Positions 56,502 through 64,000 of a stretch of DNA of 64,000 bases are shown one piece after another (position 1 is the stretch's first letter; each line of letters opens with the position of its first letter). This DNA comes from Bacillota bacterium (GTDB lineage Bacteria > Bacillota > Clostridia > Monoglobales > Firm-18), in contig JAKJBX010000001.1 of NCBI GenBank assembly GCA_022706765.1, positions 140,534 to 204,533 on the forward strand. The letters are read 5' to 3'. A program made the translations under genes and the position numbers. Below the pieces are notes generated by a model. It was not told the DNA's origin, did no database searches, and saw only the letters and a list, made by a program, of their open reading frames with translations.

Positions 56502-58082
56502 ATGGATAATTCTACATTTAGTAACATCGGCATCACAGAGAAGGTCATCAAAGCAATCACTGAAATGGGCTATGAAGAACCGACCCAAATACAGACGGAA
56601 ACCATCCCGCTGATCATGCAGGGTTCGGATGTCATTGGGCTGTCGCAGACCGGCTCGGGCAAAACCGCCGCCTTTGGCATTCCGGCGATTCAAAACATCA
56701 ACATCGCCGACAGGGGCATACAGGTGCTCGTGCTCTGCCCGACGAGGGAGCTTGCGGTGCAGGCATGCGACGAGATCCGAAAGTTCGCCAAGTTCATGCA
56801 CGGCGTCAAAACCATCCCGATTTACGGCGGACAGCCCATCGACCGTCAAATCAAGGCGTTAAAGCTTGGGGCACAGATCGTCATCGGCACGCCGGGGCGT
56901 GTAATTGACCACATCAACCGCAAGACCGTCAGGCTGGGGAGTATCAAGCTGGTGGTGCTTGATGAGGCGGACGAAATGCTCAACATGGGCTTTCGTGAGG
57001 ACATCGAAAGGATTTTGCAACATACTACCACCGACCGGCAGACGGTGCTGTTTTCGGCGACAATGTCCAAGGGCATCCTGGACATCACGCATAAATACCA
57101 AAAAGAACCCCAAATAGTCAACGTCTCCAAAAAGCAAATGACCGTGCCCAGCATCACGCAGTATTACTATGACGTGCCGAGGGGCAAAAAGAACGAGGCG
57201 CTGTGCCGTTTGATCGACCTCAGCAACTCGGGGCGCTCGATTATTTTCTGCAACACCAAAAAAATGGTGGATGAGCTGGTTTCATACCTCGTTGACCGGC
57301 ATTACAGCGTGCAGGGACTGCACGGCGACATGAAGCAGCAGGCGAGGAATCTCGTAATGGCGGGCTTTAAAAACGGCAGCGTCAATGTTCTGGTCGCAAC
57401 AGATGTCGCCGCAAGGGGCATCGACGTCGATGACATTGAGTGCGTCTATAACTACGATCTGCCGCAGGACATCGAATACTACGTCCACCGTATCGGCAGA
57501 ACGGGGCGGGCGGGCAAGGACGGCATCTCCCACACCTTTATGACGGGCAGGCGGCAGCAGCTGTTCCTGCGCGAGATACAGCACTTCACCAAAAGCAAAA
57601 TCGTCCAGCGTGCCATTCCGTCGGCGGTGGAGGTCGAGGGCAGAAAAACCCGCAAATTTATTGACCAAATCACGGCAATATTAAAGGAAAAGGATCTGAC
57701 CCATGAGCTTAAAACGGTAGACGATCTGCTGGACGGGGGATATACTTCATCGGAGGTTGCCGCCGCACTGGTGCACTATATTTTAGGCGACCAAAAGCCC
57801 CAAAAGCAGTATTTGGCAGACGAATACACCGAGCACACCGCGCCCGAGGCGGGGATGTCCCGCATCAAGCTGCACATCGGCAGGGCGGATAAAATCGCAC
57901 CTAAGCACATCGTCGGCGCCGTTGCAGGTGAAGGCGGTATCCCGGGCAGCGACATCGGCAAGATCGAAATCTTTGACCATTTCAGCATCGTCGATGTGCC
58001 GGACGGAAAGGCAAAGCAAATCGTTGCCGCCATGAAGAGCACCAAGATCAGCGGCAAGCCGACAAAGGTGGAGCTTTTATAA
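56502..58082 (+). CDS. DEAD-box ATP-dependent RNA helicase with DbpA-type C-terminal RNA-binding domain
   Basis: Contains Q-motif GYEEPTQIQ, Walker A SQTGSGKTAAF, DEAD, SAT and HRIGRTGRAG. Confidence 0.9.
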   Translation: MDNSTFSNIGITEKVIKAITEMGYEEPTQIQTETIPLIMQGSDVIGLSQTGSGKTAAFGIPAIQNINIADRGIQVLVLCPTRELAVQACDEIRKFAKFMHGVKTIPIYGGQPIDRQIKALKLGAQIVIGTPGRVIDHINRKTVRLGSIKLVVLDEADEMLNMGFREDIERILQHTTTDRQTVLFSATMSKGILDITHKYQKEPQIVNVSKKQMTVPSITQYYYDVPRGKKNEALCRLIDLSNSGRSIIFCNTKKMVDELVSYLVDRHYSVQGLHGDMKQQARNLVMAGFKNGSVNVLVATDVAARGIDVDDIECVYNYDLPQDIEYYVHRIGRTGRAGKDGISHTFMTGRRQQLFLREIQHFTKSKIVQRAIPSAVEVEGRKTRKFIDQITAILKEKDLTHELKTVDDLLDGGYTSSEVAAALVHYILGDQKPQKQYLADEYTEHTAPEAGMSRIKLHIGRADKIAPKHIVGAVAGEGGIPGSDIGKIEIFDHFSIVDVPDGKAKQIVAAMKSTKISGKPTKVELL

Positions 58083-58114
58083 TAAGGCGGAGCTTTTATC
58101 ATTAAGAACGGGAG

Positions 58115-58579
58115 GTGATCATTATGCAGCCAAAAACACCGCAGGAAACCGAGGTCGTGATGTCGGAGCTTGTGCTCCCCAACGACACCAACCTTTTGGG
58201 GAACCTCATGGGCGGACGTTTGATGTACTGGATGGACATCGCCGGCGCATTGGTCGCTTCACGCCATTCGGGCAGGGTCGTCGCCACCGTTTCGATTGAC
58301 AATATTTCCTTCCGTCATCCCGTCAGGATGGGCGAAATGCTGATGATCAAGGCAAAGCTGGTCTATGTCGGCACCACGTCGATGAGCATCGCCATCAAGG
58401 TCTATGCCGAGAATATGCGAAACGGCAGCCAGGTTTTGTCCAACAAGGCGCGCATGATTTTCGTCGCGCTCGACGAGGCGGGCAACCCCACTCCTGTGCC
58501 GCCGCTCTCGCCGCAGACGGAGGAGGAAATCATGGACTTTGAAAAGGAAAAAATGCGCAGAGTGGGAAAAAGCTGCTGA
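58115..58579 (+). CDS. hotdog-fold acyl-CoA thioesterase
   Basis: LVLPNDTNLLGNLMGGRLMYWMD is typical of the YciA/Acot-type 4HBT family. ATG 58124 is an alternative start. Confidence 0.8.
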   Translation: MIIMQPKTPQETEVVMSELVLPNDTNLLGNLMGGRLMYWMDIAGALVASRHSGRVVATVSIDNISFRHPVRMGEMLMIKAKLVYVGTTSMSIAIKVYAENMRNGSQVLSNKARMIFVALDEAGNPTPVPPLSPQTEEEIMDFEKEKMRRVGKSC

Positions 58580-58606
58580 GGTTAATAATTTTTTGAACAT
58601 TTGAAA

Positions 58607-58721
58607 AAGTGTTTCGGCGCGTAGCGCTTTCCGAAACGCATCTTATCGCCCCGCGAGGGTAAGCGCAGGCGAATTTATTTCGCCGAAGCGTGGAAATTAC
58701 AACATAAATGTTGTAATTTCC
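58607..58721 (+). repeat. structured intergenic repeat, copy B (between thioesterase gene and rplS promoter)
   Basis: It is homologous to 42198-42310. Hairpins are gtgtttc../..gaaacgc, ggcgaa-tttat-ttcgcc and ggaaattacaaca-taaa-tgttgtaatttcc (58692-58721). Confidence 0.7.
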
Positions 58722-58848
58722 TAAATTAAATAAAAAACACTTGCAAGTTGACAGAATATATGTTAAAATATGCTTTGTGTTTAATAACGGGCAATCCGCT
58801 GCATCCATCGTCGGTGTATGACTGTCTTAGAAGAAAGGGAGAACATTC

Positions 58849-59190
58849 ATGGATTTGGTAAAACAGATAGGTGCCGATCAAATCAGAACGGACCTGCCGC
58901 AGCTTAATGTCGGCGACTCTGCCCGTGTTTACATTAAGGTCAAAGAGGGCGCAAGAGAGAGGATACAGATGTTTGAAGGCATCATCATCAAAAAGAACCA
59001 TGGCGGAATCAGCGCAACCTTTACGGTTCGCCGTGTCTCCTATGGTGTCGGCGTTGAAAAGACCTTCCCGGTGAACTCGCCGAACATCGACCGCATCGAA
59101 ATTATCCGCAAGGGTAAGGTCAGGCGTGCGAAGCTCTATTACCTGCGTGACAGAGTCGGCAAGGCTGCCAAGGTCAAGCAAAGGCTGTAA
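58849..59190 (+). CDS. rplS: 50S ribosomal protein L19
   Basis: The L19 sequence is conserved ([28 protein letters not shown]). TTGCAA-17-TAAAAT lies upstream (about 58741-58769). Confidence 0.95.
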   Translation: MDLVKQIGADQIRTDLPQLNVGDSARVYIKVKEGARERIQMFEGIIIKKNHGGISATFTVRRVSYGVGVEKTFPVNSPNIDRIEIIRKGKVRRAKLYYLRDRVGKAAKVKQRL

Positions 59191-59203
59191 CAATCAAAGG
59201 ATG

Positions 59204-59265
59204 AAAGGCGTGGCTGCCCGACATACGCCGCTTAGCTGCGTTTGTGTCGGAGGTTGCGCCTTTTT
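59204..59265 (+). terminator. rplS terminator (long imperfect hairpin plus T-run)
   Basis: aaaggcg...ccgaca..tgtcgg...cgccttt is followed by TTTTT. The palindrome ttttcgtttcaagcg-tgac-cgcttgaaacgaaaa (59262-59295) follows immediately. Confidence 0.65.
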
Positions 59266-59323
59266 CGTTTCAAGCGTGACCGCTTGAAACGAAAAGATAT
59301 AAGCTATTTTGGAGGATGATCGC

Positions 59324-59974
59324 ATGGACAACAACGAAATTAATAACGAAATAACCCATACAGAAGATACTGTGAATGAAACGGCGGAGCTGACCGGACA
59401 ACCGTCCGGACAACCGTCCGGACCCAAAACCGGTTGGAAAAAGGAAGCATTCGAGTGGGCGGAGGCAATTGTCGTTGCGGTGGTCATTGCGCTGATCATC
59501 AAGGCGTTTTTGTTCACCTTGGTTACGGTCGAGGGCGAATCCATGCAAAATACCCTGCACACGGGTGACCGCCTGTTTGTGTGGCGGCTCGGCTACACGC
59601 CCCAAAACGGCGACATTGTGGTTTTCAGACCCGAGCGTGACAAAACCAAGCCGTATATCAAGCGTGTCATCGCCACCGCGGGACAGACGATCGACATTGA
59701 CTTTGCCAAGGGCATTGTCATCGTCGACGGCAAGGTGATCGACGAGGACTATATCAAGATGCCCACGACCGCACCGGGCGACGTGAAGTTTCCCGTGACG
59801 GTGCCGGAAGGTTATTTCTTCGCGATGGGCGACAACAGGGGACACAGTAAGGACAGCAGATATTCCGTTGTGGGCAGCGCCGACAACAGCAGCGGGCTGA
59901 TTAAAAACAAGTCGCTTTTGGGACACGCACTGTTCAGGCTGTGGCCGTTTTCACAGTTTGGCGGTTTGGAATAA
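59324..59974 (+). CDS. lepB: signal peptidase I
   Basis: The catalytic Ser region is VEGESMQNTL, the Lys region is YIKRVIATAGQ, and GDNRGHSKDSR is present. GGAGGA lies 7 nt before ATG 59324. Confidence 0.85.
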   Translation: MDNNEINNEITHTEDTVNETAELTGQPSGQPSGPKTGWKKEAFEWAEAIVVAVVIALIIKAFLFTLVTVEGESMQNTLHTGDRLFVWRLGYTPQNGDIVVFRPERDKTKPYIKRVIATAGQTIDIDFAKGIVIVDGKVIDEDYIKMPTTAPGDVKFPVTVPEGYFFAMGDNRGHSKDSRYSVVGSADNSSGLIKNKSLLGHALFRLWPFSQFGGLE

Positions 59975-59978
59975 CGCT

Positions 59979-60824
59979 ATGGTGATCAACTGGTACCCCG
60001 GGCATATGGCAAAGACTCGCCGTCTGATTTTGGAGAACATCAAGATCGTCGACGTGGTGGTCGAGCTTGTCGATGCCCGCATTCCGTATTCCTCACGCAA
60101 CCCGGATGTGGATGAGATGACCGCTTCAAGACCGAAGGTTATGGTGCTCAACAAATGCGATATGGCGGACCCCGCCGCAACCGAGGCGTGGGTCGCATAC
60201 TATAAAAGCCGGGGAAAGACGGCGGTTGCGGTGGACGCTATCAGCGGCAAAGGTCTGGGTCAGTTCAAGGCTGCCGTTGATCTTGTGATGCGGGACAAGT
60301 ATCAAAAGGACGCCGAAAAGGGCATGAAAAAACGTCCGCCGAAGCTGATGATTGTCGGGATACCGAACGTAGGCAAGTCCGCGTTTATCAACAAGCTCGC
60401 CGGCAGGGCGGGCGCAAAGGCGGAGGACAAGCCCGGCGTCACCCGCACCAAGCAGTGGATCCGGGTGAGCGGCGGGTTTGAGCTTTTGGATACGCCCGGT
60501 ATTTTATGGCCGAGGTTTGATGACGAAAAAACCGGTCTGCATTTAGCGTTCACGGGCGCCATCCGTGACGAGGTCTATGATATCGTCGAGGCAGGCTGCC
60601 TGCTTTGTGCGTTCTTTGCGCAAAACCACCCCGAGCTTTTGCAGACGCGCTATAAGCTCGACGATCTTGCGGGCAAGCAGGGGCATGAGATCCTTGCCGA
60701 AATCGGTAAGCGCAGGGGCTGCTTAGTATCCGGCGGTGAGGTGGATACCGGGCGTGCGGCGCGGATACTGTTTGACGAGTTCAGGGGCTGCAAGCTTGGC
60801 AAGATCACACTTGAAATGCCGTGA
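59979..60824 (+). CDS. rbgA: ribosome biogenesis GTPase A (YlqF/RbgA)
   Basis: INWYPGHMAKTRR and the circularly permuted GTPase motifs (NKCD...GIPNVGKS...DTPG) are present. Confidence 0.9.
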   Translation: MVINWYPGHMAKTRRLILENIKIVDVVVELVDARIPYSSRNPDVDEMTASRPKVMVLNKCDMADPAATEAWVAYYKSRGKTAVAVDAISGKGLGQFKAAVDLVMRDKYQKDAEKGMKKRPPKLMIVGIPNVGKSAFINKLAGRAGAKAEDKPGVTRTKQWIRVSGGFELLDTPGILWPRFDDEKTGLHLAFTGAIRDEVYDIVEAGCLLCAFFAQNHPELLQTRYKLDDLAGKQGHEILAEIGKRRGCLVSGGEVDTGRAARILFDEFRGCKLGKITLEMP

Positions 60825-60840
60825 TTGTGGGGTTATTGTG

Positions 60841-61458
60841 ATGAATGATACAGAGAGGGTCGCAGGGCTTTGGGAAATTGAGCATGGTCTGATGCAATGC
60901 GGATACCGGCATATCGCAGGGGTAGACGAGGCGGGGAGAGGTCCGCTTGCGGGACCCGTTTGCGTTGCCGCCGTCATACTGCCTGCCGATTGTTATTTGG
61001 CGGGCATCGACGACTCCAAAAAGCTGACCGATAAAAAGAAGGATAGGCTTTATGACGAGATCATCGCAAACGCCCTCGCGTACAGCGTTGTGTTTGTTGA
61101 CAGCGATGAAATCGACAGGGTGAACATATTAAACGCTACCTTTAAAGGAATGCGCAATGCTGTAAAGGCGTTGTCCTTTACACCTGACTATGTGCTGATC
61201 GACGGCAACCAAATCAAAGACATGGACATTCCCCATGCATGCGTGGTCAAGGGCGACAGCAAAAGCATCTCCATCGCCGCCGCCTCGGTGCTTGCCAAGG
61301 TGAGCCGTGACCGGTACATGCAGACGCTCGACGAACAGTACCCGCAATACGGCTTTGCTAAGCACAAGGGTTACGGCACCAAGGCGCATTACGAGGCGCT
61401 GAAAGCTTTCGGCGCAAGCCTCGTCCACAGGAAATCCTTTGACTTGAAGCTAAGGTGA
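60841..61458 (+). CDS. rnhB: ribonuclease HII
   Basis: Contains IAGVDEAGRGPLAGPV, DDSKKL and DSKSISIAAASVLAKV. The start is ATG 60841. Confidence 0.9.
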   Translation: MNDTERVAGLWEIEHGLMQCGYRHIAGVDEAGRGPLAGPVCVAAVILPADCYLAGIDDSKKLTDKKKDRLYDEIIANALAYSVVFVDSDEIDRVNILNATFKGMRNAVKALSFTPDYVLIDGNQIKDMDIPHACVVKGDSKSISIAAASVLAKVSRDRYMQTLDEQYPQYGFAKHKGYGTKAHYEALKAFGASLVHRKSFDLKLR

Positions 61459-61462
61459 TGAA

Positions 61463-61831
61463 ATGGAAAAATACCGCAAGACTATCGGCAGACACGGCGA
61501 GGATGCGGCGGAAAAATATTTGAAGAAAAAACGGTACAAAATCCTTGAGCGCAACTTCTTGATCCGTGGCGGCGAGATAGACATCATTGCGCAAAAGGGC
61601 GAATACATTGTCTTTATAGAGGTCAAAACACGGTGTGATATGGCGTTCGGCACGCCCGCCGAGGCGGTGACCTTCCGCAAAATCCGCAGCATGAAAAAGA
61701 CGGCGGAGGTCTACATGCAGCAGTACGGCGAGGCATATGTACGCTTTGACGTCATCGAGGTACATATGGCGGTGACGGCGGATAAGCCCCGGTTGATACA
61801 GATAAACCATATCGAAAACGCATTTATGTGA
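61463..61831 (+). CDS. YraN family (UPF0102) endonuclease-like protein
   Basis: G...AA.YL...Y.IL.RN.....GEIDIIA......VFIEVK.R is typical of the YraN family. Confidence 0.8.
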   Translation: MEKYRKTIGRHGEDAAEKYLKKKRYKILERNFLIRGGEIDIIAQKGEYIVFIEVKTRCDMAFGTPAEAVTFRKIRSMKKTAEVYMQQYGEAYVRFDVIEVHMAVTADKPRLIQINHIENAFM

Positions 61832-61840
61832 GGTGATGAT

Positions 61841-62752
61841 GTGTTCAGCGACGCGCACTGCGATACGATTTCACGGATACTTGACGCAGGTCAGGACCTG
61901 TATGAGAACGACGGGCACGTGGATTACCGGCGGCTCAAACGGCAGGTCAGCCAAATACAGTTTTATGCCGCATGGATCGACCCGAAGTATGAGCCGGGCG
62001 GATGCCTGACACGCTGTCTTGACATCATTGATAAGTTTTACATAGAGTGTGAAAAAAATCAAATCCCCGTCATCACCAAACCGCAGGACGTTGACGGCGG
62101 CGGTGCGGTGCTGTCCGTCGAGGGCGGCAGCGCCCTGTGCGGCAGGCTGTCGGCGCTGCGTATGCTGCATAAGCTCGGCGTGCGTGCGCTGACCCTCACC
62201 TGGAACGGCAGGAACGCGCTGGGCGACGGCGTCGGCGAGGGGGCGTCCGCGGGCGGACTTTCGACCTTTGGCAAAAGTGTAGTCGCCGAGATGAACAGGC
62301 TGGGTATGCTGGTGGACGTATCGCACCTTTCTGAAAAAGGTTTTTGGGATGTTGCACAAGCCTCGGATGCGGCGTTCATCGCATCGCATTCGAACGCCAA
62401 GCGCATTTGCGCGCATCAGCGCAATCTGACCGATGAGCAGATCGGCGAAATCGTTCGCCGGAGCGGCTTTATCGGTATCAACCTTTGCAGCGACTTTTTG
62501 CGTGAGGGCGGCGCTTCCATTGACGATATACTGCGGCACATCGAGCATATGCTGTCGCTGGGCGGCAGGGAAACCGTCGGCTTCGGTGCCGACTTTGACG
62601 GCGTGGACGACCTGCCAAACGGCGTTGGCGGTGTAGAGGACATGGGCAAGATCGCCGATGCACTGCTGCACAATAACTATGACGAGGGCTTGGTCCGGCA
62701 AATCATGTTTGGCAACCTCCATAGGGCGTTGAAACAAATTTTGAAAAATTAA
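61841..62752 (+). CDS. M19 family membrane-dipeptidase-like protein
   Basis: DAHCDT, LTLTWNGRNALGDG, VDVSHLS and HSNA motifs are present. It uses a GTG start. Confidence 0.8.
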   Translation: MFSDAHCDTISRILDAGQDLYENDGHVDYRRLKRQVSQIQFYAAWIDPKYEPGGCLTRCLDIIDKFYIECEKNQIPVITKPQDVDGGGAVLSVEGGSALCGRLSALRMLHKLGVRALTLTWNGRNALGDGVGEGASAGGLSTFGKSVVAEMNRLGMLVDVSHLSEKGFWDVAQASDAAFIASHSNAKRICAHQRNLTDEQIGEIVRRSGFIGINLCSDFLREGGASIDDILRHIEHMLSLGGRETVGFGADFDGVDDLPNGVGGVEDMGKIADALLHNNYDEGLVRQIMFGNLHRALKQILKN

Positions 62753-62835
62753 AATTAATTATTGCATTTTCTTGTCTTTTGGTATATGATATAATCTATA
62801 TATCATATACAATTTTTGAAGGGATGGACCTTAAA

Positions 62836-64000
62836 ATGAAATTATCTCAGAAATCTTTGTCAATCAGCCCCTCACCGACGCTGTCGATTGACGCAAAATA
62901 CAAGGAAATGCTTACAAACGGTGAGGATGTCGTCGGCTTCGGCGCAGGCGAACCGGATTGCGATACCCCCGACCACATCAAGGCGGCTGCCATCGAGGCG
63001 ATCAACAAAGGCTTCACGAAATATACGCCCGCTTCGGGTACGCTTGAGCTCAAAAAAGCGATATGCAAAAAGCTGCAAGACGACAACGGTCTTACATATA
63101 AGCCAAGCGACATCGTCGTGTCAAACGGTGCGAAGCATTCGCTGGTCAACGTGTTCTGCGCCATCCTCAATCCGGGCGACGAGGTCATTATCCCCTCGCC
63201 GTTTTGGGTGAGCTATCCCGAGATGGTCAAGCTTGCCGACGGCGTCCCCGTGACGCTTGAAACTACCGAATCGACGGGCTTCAAGTTCACTGCGGCACAG
63301 CTGAAAGCCGCCATTACGCCGAAAACCAAAGCGATTGTGCTCAACAGCCCCAGCAACCCTACGGGTATGCTGTATTCTAAGCAAGAGCTTGCCGGGATCG
63401 CAAGTATTGCGGTTGCAAACGGCATCTTCGTGGTGTCAGATGAGATCTATGAAAAGCTAATTTACGGCGGCGAACAGCACGTGAGCATCGCATCGCTCGG
63501 CGACGACATCAAGGCGCTGACGATCGTTGTCAACGGCGTGTCAAAGAGCTATTCCATGACCGGCTGGCGCATCGGCTACACCGCCAGCACGGGTGAGATC
63601 GCGGCGATTATGGGCAACGTCCAAAGCCACGCCGCATCAAATCCCTGTTCGATTTCGCAGGCGGCTGCGGTCGCCGCTTTGCTGGGACCGCAGGACAGCG
63701 TCAAAATTATGCGGGAGGCGTTCTTAAAGCGCCGTGACTATATGGTGAAGCGCATCAACAGCATCCCCGGGCTCTCCTGCCTGACCCCCCAAGGGGCGTT
63801 TTATGTGATGATGAACATCAAGGGCGTGCTTGGCAGGGAGATCAAGGGCAAGGTGATCAACAGCTGCGACGAATTCTGTGCGCATGCGCTGGAAGCCGCC
63901 GGGGTCGCGCTCGTACCGGGCAGCGGCTTTGGCGCGAACGGCTATGTGCGCTGGTCCTATGCGACGAGCATGGAAAACATCAAAAACGGTCTTGACCGCA
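62836..64000 (+). CDS. class I/II PLP-dependent (aspartate-type) aminotransferase, 3' end cut by window edge
   Basis: It is absent from the ORF track because no stop occurs before nt 64000. Translation from ATG 62836 gives MKLSQKSLSISPSPTLSIDAKYKEM...GEPDCDTP...NGVSKSYSMTGWRIGY, which includes the PLP-Lys motif SKSYSMTGWR. Confidence 0.85.
   Translation, partial: MKLSQKSLSISPSPTLSIDAKYKEMLTNGEDVVGFGAGEPDCDTPDHIKAAAIEAINKGFTKYTPASGTLELKKAICKKLQDDNGLTYKPSDIVVSNGAKHSLVNVFCAILNPGDEVIIPSPFWVSYPEMVKLADGVPVTLETTESTGFKFTAAQLKAAITPKTKAIVLNSPSNPTGMLYSKQELAGIASIAVANGIFVVSDEIYEKLIYGGEQHVSIASLGDDIKALTIVVNGVSKSYSMTGWRIGYTASTGEIAAIMGNVQSHAASNPCSISQAAAVAALLGPQDSVKIMREAFLKRRDYMVKRINSIPGLSCLTPQGAFYVMMNIKGVLGREIKGKVINSCDEFCAHALEAAGVALVPGSGFGANGYVRWSYATSMENIKNGLDR

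Noticed and set aside
58770-58848. I considered that the rplS 5' UTR might be a ribosomal-protein L19 leader.
   Set aside because: The UTR is about 80 nt and could fold, but I cannot verify the L19-leader consensus from memory, so no call is made.

Overview
The window looks like a chromosomal segment of a spore-forming Clostridia-class Firmicute (by eye about 55% GC), and it is dominated by syntenic housekeeping genes.

Gene content, in order:
- A tandem M16 peptidase pair, tepA-like, metA and rex.
- secA, then prfB (with the classical +1 frameshift), then prfA.
- t6A genes: tsaC-ywlE-rimI-tsaD.
- The yabM-yabO-yabP-yabQ-divIC-yabR block and spoVT.
- zapA, a U32 peptidase, dut and maf.
- mreBCD-pbp2-minD-mgsA, dapF-dapL and cysE-cysS-mrnC.
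- Split transketolase, a DEAD-box helicase, and rplS-lepB-rbgA-rnhB-yraN.
- Three tRNAs, all on the minus strand: Val-CAC, Lys-CTT and Leu-TAA.

Two AT-rich patches look accessory:
- A roughly 1190-aa secreted heparinase II/III-like protein (3164-6730).
- An SLH-protein plus orphan oadG/oadB patch abutting tRNA-Val (about 25240-28346).

I see no CRISPR array, transposase, integrase, phage module or recognisable defence system, and I cannot point to a clear novel multi-gene system. The unexplained signals are mostly non-coding:
1. A 281-bp element closed by a 21-bp inverted repeat, with a solo arm 1.8 kb away.
2. Two related families of hairpin-bearing intergenic repeats that show compensatory stem changes. 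One is at 42198-42310, 58607-58721 and 22475-22541. The other is at 22592-22812, 28489-28605 and 48020-48112.
3. A DnaA-box cluster downstream of tsaD.
4. A terminator-containing leader upstream of the Na+-pump genes oadG/oadB.
5. Two orphan candidate sRNAs bounded by a promoter and/or terminators.
6. A HAD / PfkB kinase / 6-phosphogluconate dehydrogenase / LarA-like operon that suggests an uncharacterised sugar-acid route.

All functional calls come from reading the translated ORFs and motifs by eye. No database search was run.
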